Assembly: GCF_000012545.1 (NCBI RefSeq)
Contig: NC_007681.1
Coordinates: forward strand, 540,001-572,000
Length of the DNA: 32,000 nucleotides
Direction: 5' to 3'
Source: Methanosphaera stadtmanae DSM 3091
GTDB lineage: Archaea; Methanobacteriota; Methanobacteria; Methanobacteriales; Methanobacteriaceae
The translations under genes and the position numbers were made by a program. The notes below the pieces were generated by a model. The model was not told where the DNA came from. It was given only the letters and a program-made list of their open reading frames with translations, and searched no databases. Positions within the stretch are counted from its first letter, which is position 1. Each line of letters opens with the position of its first letter. Of the stretch, positions 10,436 to 19,300 are shown piece after piece.

Positions 10436-11184
10436 TATCTATGGATCTATACAAAGATTTGCTGAATTATCCTGATGAATGTCTAGATAATCGGAAAATT
10501 CATAAAACATTAATTTATGAAAATGGTGATTTGAAAACAAGAGATAAAAAAATAATAGAACAAAATATAGAACTAATAACATGGAAATACGCATTCACAA
10601 AAGAAGATCTTAACATACCTTTCTATGTTGATGAAATACGAGAATACTTAGAAGTCGAAATTGTGGAAATACAATTAAGAAAAAAACAAAAAATAAAGAG
10701 AATAGCAGATATCCTCTTTAGAACAATGCCACACCCCTCTTTACTATTCTTCAGATATAAAAATGAAGTAAATATTTATGCTGCACATGTAAAAAAACAC
10801 GGCTCAGATTACTCAATATTTACATATGAAGAAGAAATGATAAAAACAGGATGGATAAATTTTAATCAGATAAATAAAAAAACAGAAAAACTAATGAATG
10901 ATTTAAAACTAGAAAATCTGAACAATATGAACTTTTATACATTATACAATGACGTGTATAATGCATTAATAAACTATAGATCTTACATCTTAAAAAATGA
11001 AAAAACTGGAACGTTCATAGATGAAAAAAAGAAAATTTTGAAAGAAATAGATGAAATAGAGAATAATATTAAAGAATTAAAAACCCAAATCAAAAAAGAT
11101 ATTAATTTCAATGAAGTAGTGGAATTAAATATACAAATTAATGAATATGAAAAAGAAAAAGTAGAATTAATCAATAGATTATAG
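10432..11184 (+). CDS. DUF4391-like protein
   Basis: 250-aa ORF. Its GTG overlaps the helicase stop (ATGTGA); an alternative ATG is at 10441. The N-terminal 'NRKIHKTLIYENGDL...IELITWKYAFTKEDLNIP' matches my recollection of DUF4391. Its position between a helicase and a methyltransferase is the usual DUF4391 context. Confidence 0.5.
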   Translation: MISMDLYKDLLNYPDECLDNRKIHKTLIYENGDLKTRDKKIIEQNIELITWKYAFTKEDLNIPFYVDEIREYLEVEIVEIQLRKKQKIKRIADILFRTMPHPSLLFFRYKNEVNIYAAHVKKHGSDYSIFTYEEEMIKTGWINFNQINKKTEKLMNDLKLENLNNMNFYTLYNDVYNALINYRSYILKNEKTGTFIDEKKKILKEIDEIENNIKELKTQIKKDINFNEVVELNIQINEYEKEKVELINRL

Positions 11185-11193
11185 GTGACTATT

Positions 11194-12338
11194 ATGGAAA
11201 TCACGAAATTAAATTTAGAATCAGAAGATATTGTCCAAAACAATATAGAACAATTAAAGCAATTATTCCCTGAAATTGTTACTGAAGGTAAAATAGATTT
11301 TTATAAACTTAAAGAGGTTTTAGGTGATGAAATAGATGATGAAGATGAAAAATATGAATTTACATGGAATGGTAAACATGATGCTATTAGAGAGTTTCAA
11401 AAACCATCACATTGTACTTTAAGACCAGACAAAAATAATAGTAAAAATTGGAATACCACTGAAAATTTATATATAGAAGGTGATAATTTAGAAGTTTTAA
11501 AATTACTTCAAAAATCTTATCAAAGTAAAATTAAAATGATGTACATTGATCCTCCTTATAATACAGGTAATGACTCTTTTATATACAAAGATAATTTTCA
11601 AGAAAATGAAACTGAATATATAGAGAAAGAAGAAGAAAGAGGAAAATTTCAATCTAATCCCAATAGTTCTGGACGATACCATACAAACTGGATGAATATG
11701 ATTTATCCATTACTTCGATTAGCAAGAAACTTATTATCAGAAGAGGGCGTATTATTAATAAGTATTGATGATAATGAATTTTCTAATTTAATTGTCATGT
11801 GTAAAGAAATATTTGGTGAAGAAAATATAGATAACTTAATCTGGCAAAAAGTTGATAACGATTCTGGAAAAATGAAAATAACATATAGGGTACGATTAGA
11901 ACATGAATACGTGTTAATTTGTTATAAAAATAAAAATAAAACATACTTTAATAAATTTATCGAAGAAAGAAATTATAAAAATGAGTATGATAATCCTGAT
12001 AACGATCCTAGAGGACCATACAAACAAGCAATTATTTCATCAACAGAAGAAAAATCCAATAAAGATAGTCCTAATTATTATTCAATCACCACACCTTCCG
12101 GAAAAATATTTACCAGACAATGGAGAGTAAGTGAAGAAGAAATGTTAGAATTAATAGGAGAAGATAGGATTTATTTTGGGAAAAATGGAGATTCTGTACC
12201 TTCACTTAAAGCTTTTATTAATGAACCAAAATTATCAACACCTACCACTATATTAAGTGGTGTTGGAACTGCAAAAACTGCTGGAAAAGATATTGAAAAT
12301 ATGTTAGGTTCAAGAAAAATATTTTCTTATCCTAAACC
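11194..12338 (+). pseudogene. mod: Type III-like (beta-class) N6-adenine DNA methyltransferase Mod, 5' fragment truncated by an IS insertion
   Basis: RBS 'taggtga' before ATG 11194. Motifs seen: 'FTWNGK', 'LYIEGDNLEVLKLL', motif IV 'MYIDPPYNTGND', and 'FSYPKP' at the break point. The ORF-track tail WLSSCWVLKKF* (12339-12375) is read-through into the IS inverted repeat. Confidence 0.9.
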
Positions 12339-13867
12339 GTGGCTTTCCAGTTGCTGGGTCTTGAAAAAGTTTTGATCAAAAAAAATTTGAAAATTTATTT
12401 GAAGATGTAAAAATTTATTTCTTATCTTAATTTTTATTAAAATAAGAAAATAACGTTACACTTGAAATACACGACTCATCAAAATTCAACAAAAACTTTA
12501 ATATAAAAAATAAGAATAATAAACTATTTATTATAGAAAAGGAATAGATATTAATATGAAAACCCAAATATCTAATTCCTTAAAGGATAATATGTCCTCA
12601 ATACAACTTAAACTTAACGATTTTGGTCTCAAAGATCCAATTAAAAAAAATACTGAAGAACTCTTTAAAACTAAAAATACAAGACCTATCAACCAAGAAT
12701 ATGTTTATTTAAATGATAATCACTTTGAATATGATAACCCCACCTGTTCACATTGTCACAAAAAACACGAAAAACATAAAGTTATTAAAAAAGGATTCCG
12801 AACAAGAAAAGTCAGAACAACAAATAAAACCAAAATAACAATATTTTTAAGACGTTATCAATGTAAAACATGTGGAAAAAAATTCCAAACAGAATTATCA
12901 TGGCTATATGATAAAAATAAAAGATACACTAAACAATTTTTTGAATTGATAGATAAAATAATGGAATTTAGAAATATACCATTATCTCTACTACAACATA
13001 TAATAAACGTAGTTCTAAATACTAATATAAATCTTCAAACACTTGAATTTTGGATAAAAATAAAAAATAAATTCTCTAGAAACAAAGAATACTTAAAAAT
13101 AGAACTAATTAAAGATAAAAACATGATAATCAATCATAACATCATTGGATCAGGAATTTATAACTACGACGAACAATACATTAAAATCAACGGAAAAAAA
13201 TACTATCGATTAACACTATACGACTACTCCAAAGACCAACCAATCGCAGAACAAATCATAAAGAAAGAATGGAATAAAAAATCACTCTCAAGCAAAACAA
13301 TAGAAGAATTCATAAAAACAGCAACAAAAGAACGACCATTCAAAGCACTAATAACAGACGGAAAAAAACAATACAACGAAATAGCAAAAAAACTACGTGT
13401 ACAACACCAAACATGTATATTCCACGCAATAAAATACATAAAGGACGAAACAAAAAAATACTTAAGATCAAAAACACTATCAACATTAGATAAAATTACA
13501 ATTGCAAACCAAACATCACAAATATGCCAAATATATAGAGAATTAAGTATTTATGATACATACAAAACACTAAATGAACTAAAAGACATAGAAAACCAAC
13601 TATTAAAACCAATCAAAAAAATACTAAACACCACAGTAGAAAACAACATAAACAAAATAATAACACACCACTTATACTCTGAAATACCAAGAACAAACAA
13701 CGCAGTAGAACAATACTACAGAAACTCTTTACCAAAATCAAAGAAAAACAAAAAAAGAACCATTGACGGCGTACTAACAACAATAGCAACTGAAATGATG
13801 AAAAAATTTAAAAATACAAAAGAAAAATAAATATTCAAAAATCAAGACCCGACAACTGGAAAGCCAC
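12339..13867 (+). mobile_element. 1529-bp insertion sequence (ISM1-like?) with 26-bp imperfect terminal inverted repeats and an 8-bp target-site duplication
   Basis: IRL is 12339-12364, GTGGCTTTCCAGTTGCTGGGTCTTGA. The reverse complement of IRR (13842-13867) is GTGGCTTTCCAGTTGTCGGGTCTTGA, giving 24/26 identity. It is flanked by direct repeats CCTAAACC at 12331-12338 and 13868-13875. Deleting 12339-13875 restores an in-frame mod: ...FSYPKPKELIKHLINMVTD... Confidence 0.9.
12556..13830 (+). CDS. IS transposase (DDE type with N-terminal CxxC...CxxC zinc finger)
   Basis: 424-aa ORF filling the IS. Zinc finger: 'CSHCHKK...CKTCGKKF'. Candidate DDE residues lie in 'YNYDEQYIKING', 'ALITDGKKQY' and 'NNAVEQYYRN'. 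Confidence 0.85.
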   Translation: MKTQISNSLKDNMSSIQLKLNDFGLKDPIKKNTEELFKTKNTRPINQEYVYLNDNHFEYDNPTCSHCHKKHEKHKVIKKGFRTRKVRTTNKTKITIFLRRYQCKTCGKKFQTELSWLYDKNKRYTKQFFELIDKIMEFRNIPLSLLQHIINVVLNTNINLQTLEFWIKIKNKFSRNKEYLKIELIKDKNMIINHNIIGSGIYNYDEQYIKINGKKYYRLTLYDYSKDQPIAEQIIKKEWNKKSLSSKTIEEFIKTATKERPFKALITDGKKQYNEIAKKLRVQHQTCIFHAIKYIKDETKKYLRSKTLSTLDKITIANQTSQICQIYRELSIYDTYKTLNELKDIENQLLKPIKKILNTTVENNINKIITHHLYSEIPRTNNAVEQYYRNSLPKSKKNKKRTIDGVLTTIATEMMKKFKNTKEK

Positions 13868-13875
13868 CCTAAACC

Positions 13876-14671
13876 AAAAGAATTAATTAAACATTTAATT
13901 AACATGGTTACGGATACTAATTATTCACTAAATCCAAATTATCCAAAATCTAGAAAAATTTTTTATCCTGGAGTAAAAATGTCAACTTCAAAACCAGAAC
14001 AAAATATAATATTAGATTTCTTTTCAGGTTCTGCAACAACAGCAGAAGCTGTGATGGATTTAAATCTTCAAAATAATTTAAATAATAAATTTATCATGAT
14101 TCAATATCGTGAAAAAACAGATGAAAAATCTGAAGCCTACAAACAAGGTTATAATACAATTTGTGAAATAGGTGAAGAACGTATACGTCGAGCTGGTGAT
14201 AAATTGTTAGATGAACATCCAGATAGTAATATAGATATTGGTTTTAAAGTTCTGAAATTAGACACCTCAAATTTTAAAGAATGGGATCCTAGTGATAGTC
14301 CTTTAGAAGAATATCTTGATGATAGTGTGATTAATGTAAAAGAAGATAGAACTGATTTAGATTTTATTTATGAAATCATGATAAAATATGGAATTGAATT
14401 AACATCACCTATAGAAGAAATTAAAAAATCTAATTATACATTCTATTCTGTTGGTTATGGAGCATTAATAGTTTGTTTAGATGATAAAGTAAATGAAGAC
14501 GTAACTGAGGAAATAATTGAAATAATAAATGAAATAGAAATAGTCGATGAAAATAAGAAACACAAGAATAGGGTTGTATTTAAAGATATTAGTTTCTTAG
14601 ATGATTCTGTAAAAACTAACATTATCCAAGTACTAGAAAACAACAACATTGAAGACTTTATTACTTATTAA
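13876..14671 (+). pseudogene. mod: Mod methyltransferase, 3' fragment (SAM-binding motif I region)
   Basis: This frame is continuous with the right TSD copy (CCT AAA CCA AAA GAA...). It contains 'ILDFFSGSATTAEAVMDLN' (motif I, FxGxG-like) and 'ICEIGEERIRRAG'. Motif order IV then I across the two fragments indicates a beta-class permuted MTase. Confidence 0.9.
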
Positions 14672-14685
14672 GTTGGTGATTGTTC

Positions 14686-17673
14686 ATGGAATTAAATTTT
14701 GAATCAAATTTGGAATACCAACAAGATGCTATTGGTTCTATTGTAGATTTGTTTAATGGCCAAGCTTCTGATAATTCCCCTTTTCAACTTGGTGGTTTTT
14801 ATAGAACAACTACTTTAGATGATTATGGTAAAACAGCCAGTAATATTGGTATTGGAAATCGTCTTGATTTACGTGAGGACATAATATTAGAAAATATTAG
14901 AAAGGTACAATTAAAAAATGAAATTACTCCTACAGACAACATTAACAAAAGTAAATTAAAATTTACTGTTGAAATGGAAACAGGAACTGGTAAAACTTAC
15001 GTTTATCTTAGAAGTATTTTTGAATTAAATAAAAATTATGGTTTCACTAAGTTTATTATAGTTGTTCCTAGTCTTGCTATCAAAGAAGGAGTTAAAAAAA
15101 CATTAGATATAACACGAAACCACTTCAAAGGATTATATGATAATCCAATTTATAATTATTTTGTTTATAATAGCAGTAGATTAAATGATATTCATAATTT
15201 TGTTGTGGATAACAATATTAATATTATGATTATTAATATAGATTCATTTAATAAGGATTTAAACTTAATAAATCAACCACAAGATACATTACAGGGTAAC
15301 CGCCCGATTGATTTAATTGCTCAAACAAATCCATTTATTATTATTGATGAACCTCAATCTATCACTGCTAAAAAAGATGGTAAAGGTGAACAAGCTATCG
15401 AAAGATTAAATCCTTTATGTACAGTGAGTTTTTCAGCAACCCCTCCAGACAATAGTGAAAACTATATTTATAAATTAAATGCTGTGGATGCATATAATAA
15501 AAAATTAGTTAAACAGATAGAAGTTGATTCTATTTTATCACATAATGATCATAATTCTCCATATATGAAACTAGTTGAAGTTAAAGCTAAACCTTATAGT
15601 GCTAAAATTGAAATAGATGCTAATGTTAAAGGTGTAACTAAAAGAAAAACTGTGAAAGTCAAAAATAAAACTGATTTATCTGATTTATCTAAACGTGAAA
15701 TTTATACGGGATATATTGTTGATAATATCATTTGTTCTGAAGGCAGAGAATCTGTAGAATTTACTAATGGAGAACGAATTAAATTAAATCTTGCTGTTGG
15801 AGAAACTAATGAAAAACTTATTAAGCGAGAATTAATTCATTACACAATTAAAGAACATTTAGATAAAGAGTTACGCCTTCTTAAAAAAGGTATTAAAGTT
15901 TTATCATTATTCTTTATTGATAAAGTAGCAAATTATAGAATCTACGATAAAGAAGGAAATCCAAATTTAGGAGATTACGCTGTCATATTTGAAGAAGAAT
16001 ATAAGAAACTAATTAAAGAAGATAAATACAAATCACTCATGGAATACAATAATATCAATGTAGATATTAGTCAAGTTCATAACGGTTATTTTGCTCAAGA
16101 TAAAAAAGGTTTTAAAGATACAAATGGTAAAGGAAAACTAGACAATGATGCTTATAATCTTATAATGAAAGATAAAGAAAGATTATTAAATATGAAAACT
16201 CCTTTAAGATTTATTTTCTCTCATTCTGCTTTACGAGAAGGATGGGATAATCCTAATGTGTTCCAAATATGTACTCTTAATGAAACTAGGTCAAAAATGA
16301 AAAAACGACAAGAAATTGGTCGTGGTTTAAGATTATGTGTAGATCAAGATGGAAATAGAATTAAAAATAATCCGAATATTAATATTTTAACTGTTATGGC
16401 TAATGAAAGTTATGATCAATTTGCTGAAGGATTACAAAAAGAAATTGAAGAAGATACTGGAATTAAATTTAATAGAATAACTGACACATCATTTAGTTTC
16501 ACAAAATATACTAATAGAAAAGGTGATGAAGAAGAGTTAGGTGATCAGAAATCAAAATTAATCTATAAATATCTTGAAGCGAATGGTTATATTAAAAAAG
16601 ATGGTAAGATATTACCTCAACTTGAAATTGATATTGAGAAGGGTGAATTTAAATTAGCTCCAATAGTAGAAGATATTGCCAGTGATAAAGAAGAATTACG
16701 TAATAATATAATAAATGAAATTCGCACATTAACTGCACCTCCAATAGTTAAAAAACGTGGTGATAGAAAAACTATAAAACTAGATTATGACAAGTATAAA
16801 AAAGAAGATTTCTATAAAATATGGAATAAAATTAAACATAAATCCATGTATAAAGTACAATTTGACACGGAACGATTAATTGAAGAATGTTCTAAACGTT
16901 TGCATGAAGAATTAAACATTGGTAATCCTACGGTAATATTTACTAAAGCAGGTTATAAAATTGAATATAGTGGTATTGAACCACAAGAGGAAATTTGGGA
17001 TGTGATTGAATCACAGGGAGATAGTGTAGATTTACCAAACATATTACAATATTTACAAAATGAAACTACACTTACTAGAAAAACGCTTGCCCGAATTTTA
17101 ATTCAAAGTGAAACTTTAAATCAATTTAAGAAAAATCCTGAAGAATATAAAGAACAAACTCTTCTAATAATCAAAGAGGAATTAAGAAGATTCTTAGTAG
17201 ATGGAATTGCATATACCAAAATTGAAGATTGCTATGATGAAGATGAATTTGAAAGACATGAACTTTTCCGTTATGTTAATGAACTAGGAGAAGATGATAA
17301 ATCAGAAAGAAGTTATAAATCTCCTTATGAATACACTATATTTGATTCAGGTATTGAAAAATCATTCCAAGAAAAACTTGAATTCAGTAATTTAATTAAA
17401 TTTTATATGAAGTTACCAGGATGGTTTGAAATAGATACTCCTATAGGTAAATATAATCCAGACTGGGCAATATTAGTAGAAAGAGAAGGTAAAGAAGAGT
17501 TATATTTCATTGTTGAAACAAAAGGAACGAGTAATATTAAAGAACTAAAACCATCCGAACAATACAAAATTAAATGTGGAATAGAACATTTCAAAGCATT
17601 AGATGAAAGTATACAATTTGAAGTTGAAAGTGATTTTGAAGAATTTAAAATGGACACAATAAGTAAATATTAA
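14686..17673 (+). CDS. res: Type III restriction enzyme Res subunit (SF2 helicase plus C-terminal PD-(D/E)xK nuclease), apparently intact
   Basis: GGTGA RBS before ATG 14686; the track start at 14680 is a TTG. Motifs seen: 'METGTGKTYVY', 'FIIIDEPQS', 'SFSATP', 'SALREGWDNPNVFQICTL', 'QEIGRGLRL'. The C-terminal 'YNPDWAILVE...YFIVETKG' is the nuclease core. Confidence 0.9.
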   Translation: MELNFESNLEYQQDAIGSIVDLFNGQASDNSPFQLGGFYRTTTLDDYGKTASNIGIGNRLDLREDIILENIRKVQLKNEITPTDNINKSKLKFTVEMETGTGKTYVYLRSIFELNKNYGFTKFIIVVPSLAIKEGVKKTLDITRNHFKGLYDNPIYNYFVYNSSRLNDIHNFVVDNNINIMIINIDSFNKDLNLINQPQDTLQGNRPIDLIAQTNPFIIIDEPQSITAKKDGKGEQAIERLNPLCTVSFSATPPDNSENYIYKLNAVDAYNKKLVKQIEVDSILSHNDHNSPYMKLVEVKAKPYSAKIEIDANVKGVTKRKTVKVKNKTDLSDLSKREIYTGYIVDNIICSEGRESVEFTNGERIKLNLAVGETNEKLIKRELIHYTIKEHLDKELRLLKKGIKVLSLFFIDKVANYRIYDKEGNPNLGDYAVIFEEEYKKLIKEDKYKSLMEYNNINVDISQVHNGYFAQDKKGFKDTNGKGKLDNDAYNLIMKDKERLLNMKTPLRFIFSHSALREGWDNPNVFQICTLNETRSKMKKRQEIGRGLRLCVDQDGNRIKNNPNINILTVMANESYDQFAEGLQKEIEEDTGIKFNRITDTSFSFTKYTNRKGDEEELGDQKSKLIYKYLEANGYIKKDGKILPQLEIDIEKGEFKLAPIVEDIASDKEELRNNIINEIRTLTAPPIVKKRGDRKTIKLDYDKYKKEDFYKIWNKIKHKSMYKVQFDTERLIEECSKRLHEELNIGNPTVIFTKAGYKIEYSGIEPQEEIWDVIESQGDSVDLPNILQYLQNETTLTRKTLARILIQSETLNQFKKNPEEYKEQTLLIIKEELRRFLVDGIAYTKIEDCYDEDEFERHELFRYVNELGEDDKSERSYKSPYEYTIFDSGIEKSFQEKLEFSNLIKFYMKLPGWFEIDTPIGKYNPDWAILVEREGKEELYFIVETKGTSNIKELKPSEQYKIKCGIEHFKALDESIQFEVESDFEEFKMDTISKY

Positions 17674-17687
17674 TGGAGGTTCTATAT

Positions 17688-17963
17688 ATGACAACAAAAG
17701 ATAGTTCATCAAATAATCAGTCAAATAATAGTTCTAATAATAGTTCTAATAATAGTTCTAATAATAGTTCTAATAATAGTTCTAATAATAGTTCTAATAA
17801 TAGTTCTAATAATAGTTCTAATAATAGTTCTAATAATAGTTCTAATAATAGTTCTAATAATAGTTCTAATAATAGTTCTAATAATAGTTCTAATAATAAC
17901 AATTCTGGTTGGACTAGCAATAATAGAAGAAACACAGTAACTAAATCAAACGGCGAAAAATAA
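17688..17963 (+). CDS. small Asn/Ser-repeat protein (91 aa), function unknown
   Basis: A strong GGAGG (17675-17679) sits 8 nt before ATG 17688 and overlaps the res stop. The product is MTTKDSSSNNQS-(NNSS)x14-NNNNSGWTSNNRRNTVTKSNGEK. The RBS supports coding status, but the extreme low complexity keeps it uncertain. Confidence 0.45.
   Translation: MTTKDSSSNNQSNNSSNNSSNNSSNNSSNNSSNNSSNNSSNNSSNNSSNNSSNNSSNNSSNNSSNNSSNNNNSGWTSNNRRNTVTKSNGEK
17724..17891 (+). repeat. perfect tandem repeat, 14 copies of the 12-bp unit AATAATAGTTCT
   Basis: Read directly from the sequence: 168 bp with no mismatch, and in frame (NNSS per unit). Confidence 0.95.
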
Positions 17964-17995
17964 TAAATAAAATATAAATATTATTAAGGATACTT

Positions 17996-18508
17996 ATGAT
18001 AGAATCAGATATTAAACGATATGAACTTTTATTGGATTTGCTACAAAAAAGCAAAAAAGAACAAGATGAACAAAATAACACATTAGATCAAAAATGTAGT
18101 TCTATGATTAATATTTTAATTTTAATCATAACAATACAATGTGGCATTTATGCTAATGTTGCTTTATTAAACGAAATTGCATCAAGTGAAATAGCGATAA
18201 TAATCAAAGTGTTATTAATAATAACATTAATTGGTAATTTTATTGCGTTATATTTCTTTATTGCTGCTTATTATTTAAAAGATTTTGAAGGGATGACAAA
18301 TGAAGAAGATATAATTAAATATGGAGAAAATAATACAAATCTTGAAACAATATACAAAGAGATATCTGTTGACTATAAAAGAACAATTGAAGAAAATAAG
18401 ATAGAATTATCCAAAATAGATAAAATAAAATTAGGATTTAAAATTGTTACTTTAACAACGGGAATCTTTGTATTAACTATCATTATTTGTTTAGAAATTT
18501 TAATTTAA
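17996..18508 (+). CDS. small membrane protein with three predicted TM helices, unknown function
   Basis: 170-aa ORF with an AAGGA RBS. Hydrophobic stretches are 'MINILILIITIQCGIYANVALL', 'IAIIIKVLLIITLIGNFIALYFFIAAYYL' and the C-terminal 'IVTLTTGIFVLTIIICLEILI'. The N-terminus and the loop are charged. Confidence 0.6.
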   Translation: MIESDIKRYELLLDLLQKSKKEQDEQNNTLDQKCSSMINILILIITIQCGIYANVALLNEIASSEIAIIIKVLLIITLIGNFIALYFFIAAYYLKDFEGMTNEEDIIKYGENNTNLETIYKEISVDYKRTIEENKIELSKIDKIKLGFKIVTLTTGIFVLTIIICLEILI

Positions 18509-18523
18509 CATCTTCATTAAATC

Positions 18524-18531
18524 TTTTTTTT
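18524..18531 (+). terminator. oligo-T (T8) tract, candidate archaeal terminator for the res-to-membrane-protein transcript
   Basis: A T8 run lies 16 nt after the stop at 18508. Archaeal RNA polymerase terminates at oligo-T tracts (established knowledge). Confidence 0.3.
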
Positions 18532-18580
18532 CATTAAACATTATCAGATAATTTAAGTAATAACAGATATGAGATAAATT

Positions 18581-18728
18581 TGTAGCACATTTCACATTTG
18601 TGCTACTTTTTTGTGCTACAATTCCATCGTGTGCCACATCATTTTCCATGATATTTTTGTGCTACATTTCCCTTTTGTACCACATTTTTTGCCCCTATTT
18701 TTGTGCCACAACCTCCATTTGTGCTACA
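18581..18728. repeat. iteron-like array of eight T-rich-flanked GTGCYACA boxes (one inverted, seven direct)
   Basis: Boxes: TGTAGCAC at 18581 (inverted); GTGCTACt at 18600; GTGCTACA at 18613; GTGCCACA at 18631; GTGCTACA at 18659; GTACCACA at 18677; GTGCCACA at 18703; GTGCTACA at 18721. Most are preceded by TTT. Spacings are 13, 18, 28, 18, 26 and 18 bp. The first two boxes form an 8-bp-stem palindrome. Confidence 0.7.
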
Positions 18729-19227
18729 AAAATATTTTTTACTTCGTTATATGTGGATATAACGAATTAAAAAATCAGAGCTCATCGTTGATGATTATAG
18801 AAAAATGTAATTTTAAAAATAGAAATAAAAAATAAATTATCAAATGTGGTGACTTTAACATTTGATTTCCCTTTAACTAAGAATGTTTTCATAAGTACAA
18901 AAAAACTTAAAAGGTTCAAAAATGTTCAATGGATATAAAACCTATGAAAATTAAACTCTTCAAATCATAATCCCATCTCTTATTATCTGCATGCAATTCT
19001 ATAGGATATGTTACTATTAATTTTACTAGTCACCATAGTAATATGATATCAAAGTTAATCCATAGATTTTTCCTAATCTCCTTAACAATTACTAACTTAT
19101 TCATATCCCCCCGTGTCATTGACATGAATAACTAATATTTTGCTAGGATAATACTCTTTATTCTTGGTTTTGTCCTCCTTTTGGATTTGTTTATTAATGC
19201 ATCATATAATATTTTTACCAAATATTT

Positions 19228-19300
19228 TGTCCTATGTTTGTATGACATACAATTATTTATACCTCATACTATATAAAGGTTGTCCTATGAATGTATGACA
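19228..19300. promoter_or_regulatory. two-box module A: TGTCCTATGTTTGTATGACA (19228-19247) and TGTCCTATGAATGTATGACA (19281-19300) flanking a TATA-like 'ctatataaag'
   Basis: Each 20-bp box is a partial palindrome (TGTC..TA......TA..GACA). The module lies just 3' of the hsdR stop and resembles module B at 22151-22228. Confidence 0.45.

Noticed and set aside
12339-12375. C-terminal tail WLSSCWVLKKF of the 11185-12375 ORF as genuine protein sequence
   Set aside because: It is read-through into the left inverted repeat of the IS. The authentic continuation (KELIKHLI...) is found after the right target-site duplication.
7195-17673. Classification as DISARM or BREX
   Set aside because: I saw no DUF1998-like, PglZ, BrxC/PglY or Lon-like genes. 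The core is a Mod/Res pair with Type III motifs, so I describe it only as a Type III-like system with accessory genes.
17724-17891. Possible CRISPR array (regular short repeats)
   Set aside because: This is a contiguous 12-bp tandem repeat with no spacers. The unit is far too short, and there are no cas genes in the window.
17717-17935. 72-aa minus-strand ORF (LLLE repeats)
   Set aside because: It is the mirror image of the 12-bp tandem repeat, with no translation signals. The plus-strand ORF has the strong GGAGG RBS.
18581-18728. Possible degenerate CRISPR or mini-array
   Set aside because: The repeats are only 8-11 bp, with irregular 13-28 bp spacing and T-rich linkers. This fits protein-binding iterons rather than CRISPR repeats.
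18611-18835. 74-aa ORF from the track (MCYNSIVCHIIFHDIFVLHF...)
   Set aside because: It lies entirely over the GTGCYACA box array, so its odd C/H/F-rich sequence is a by-product of the repeats. It has no RBS and starts with a non-ATG codon.
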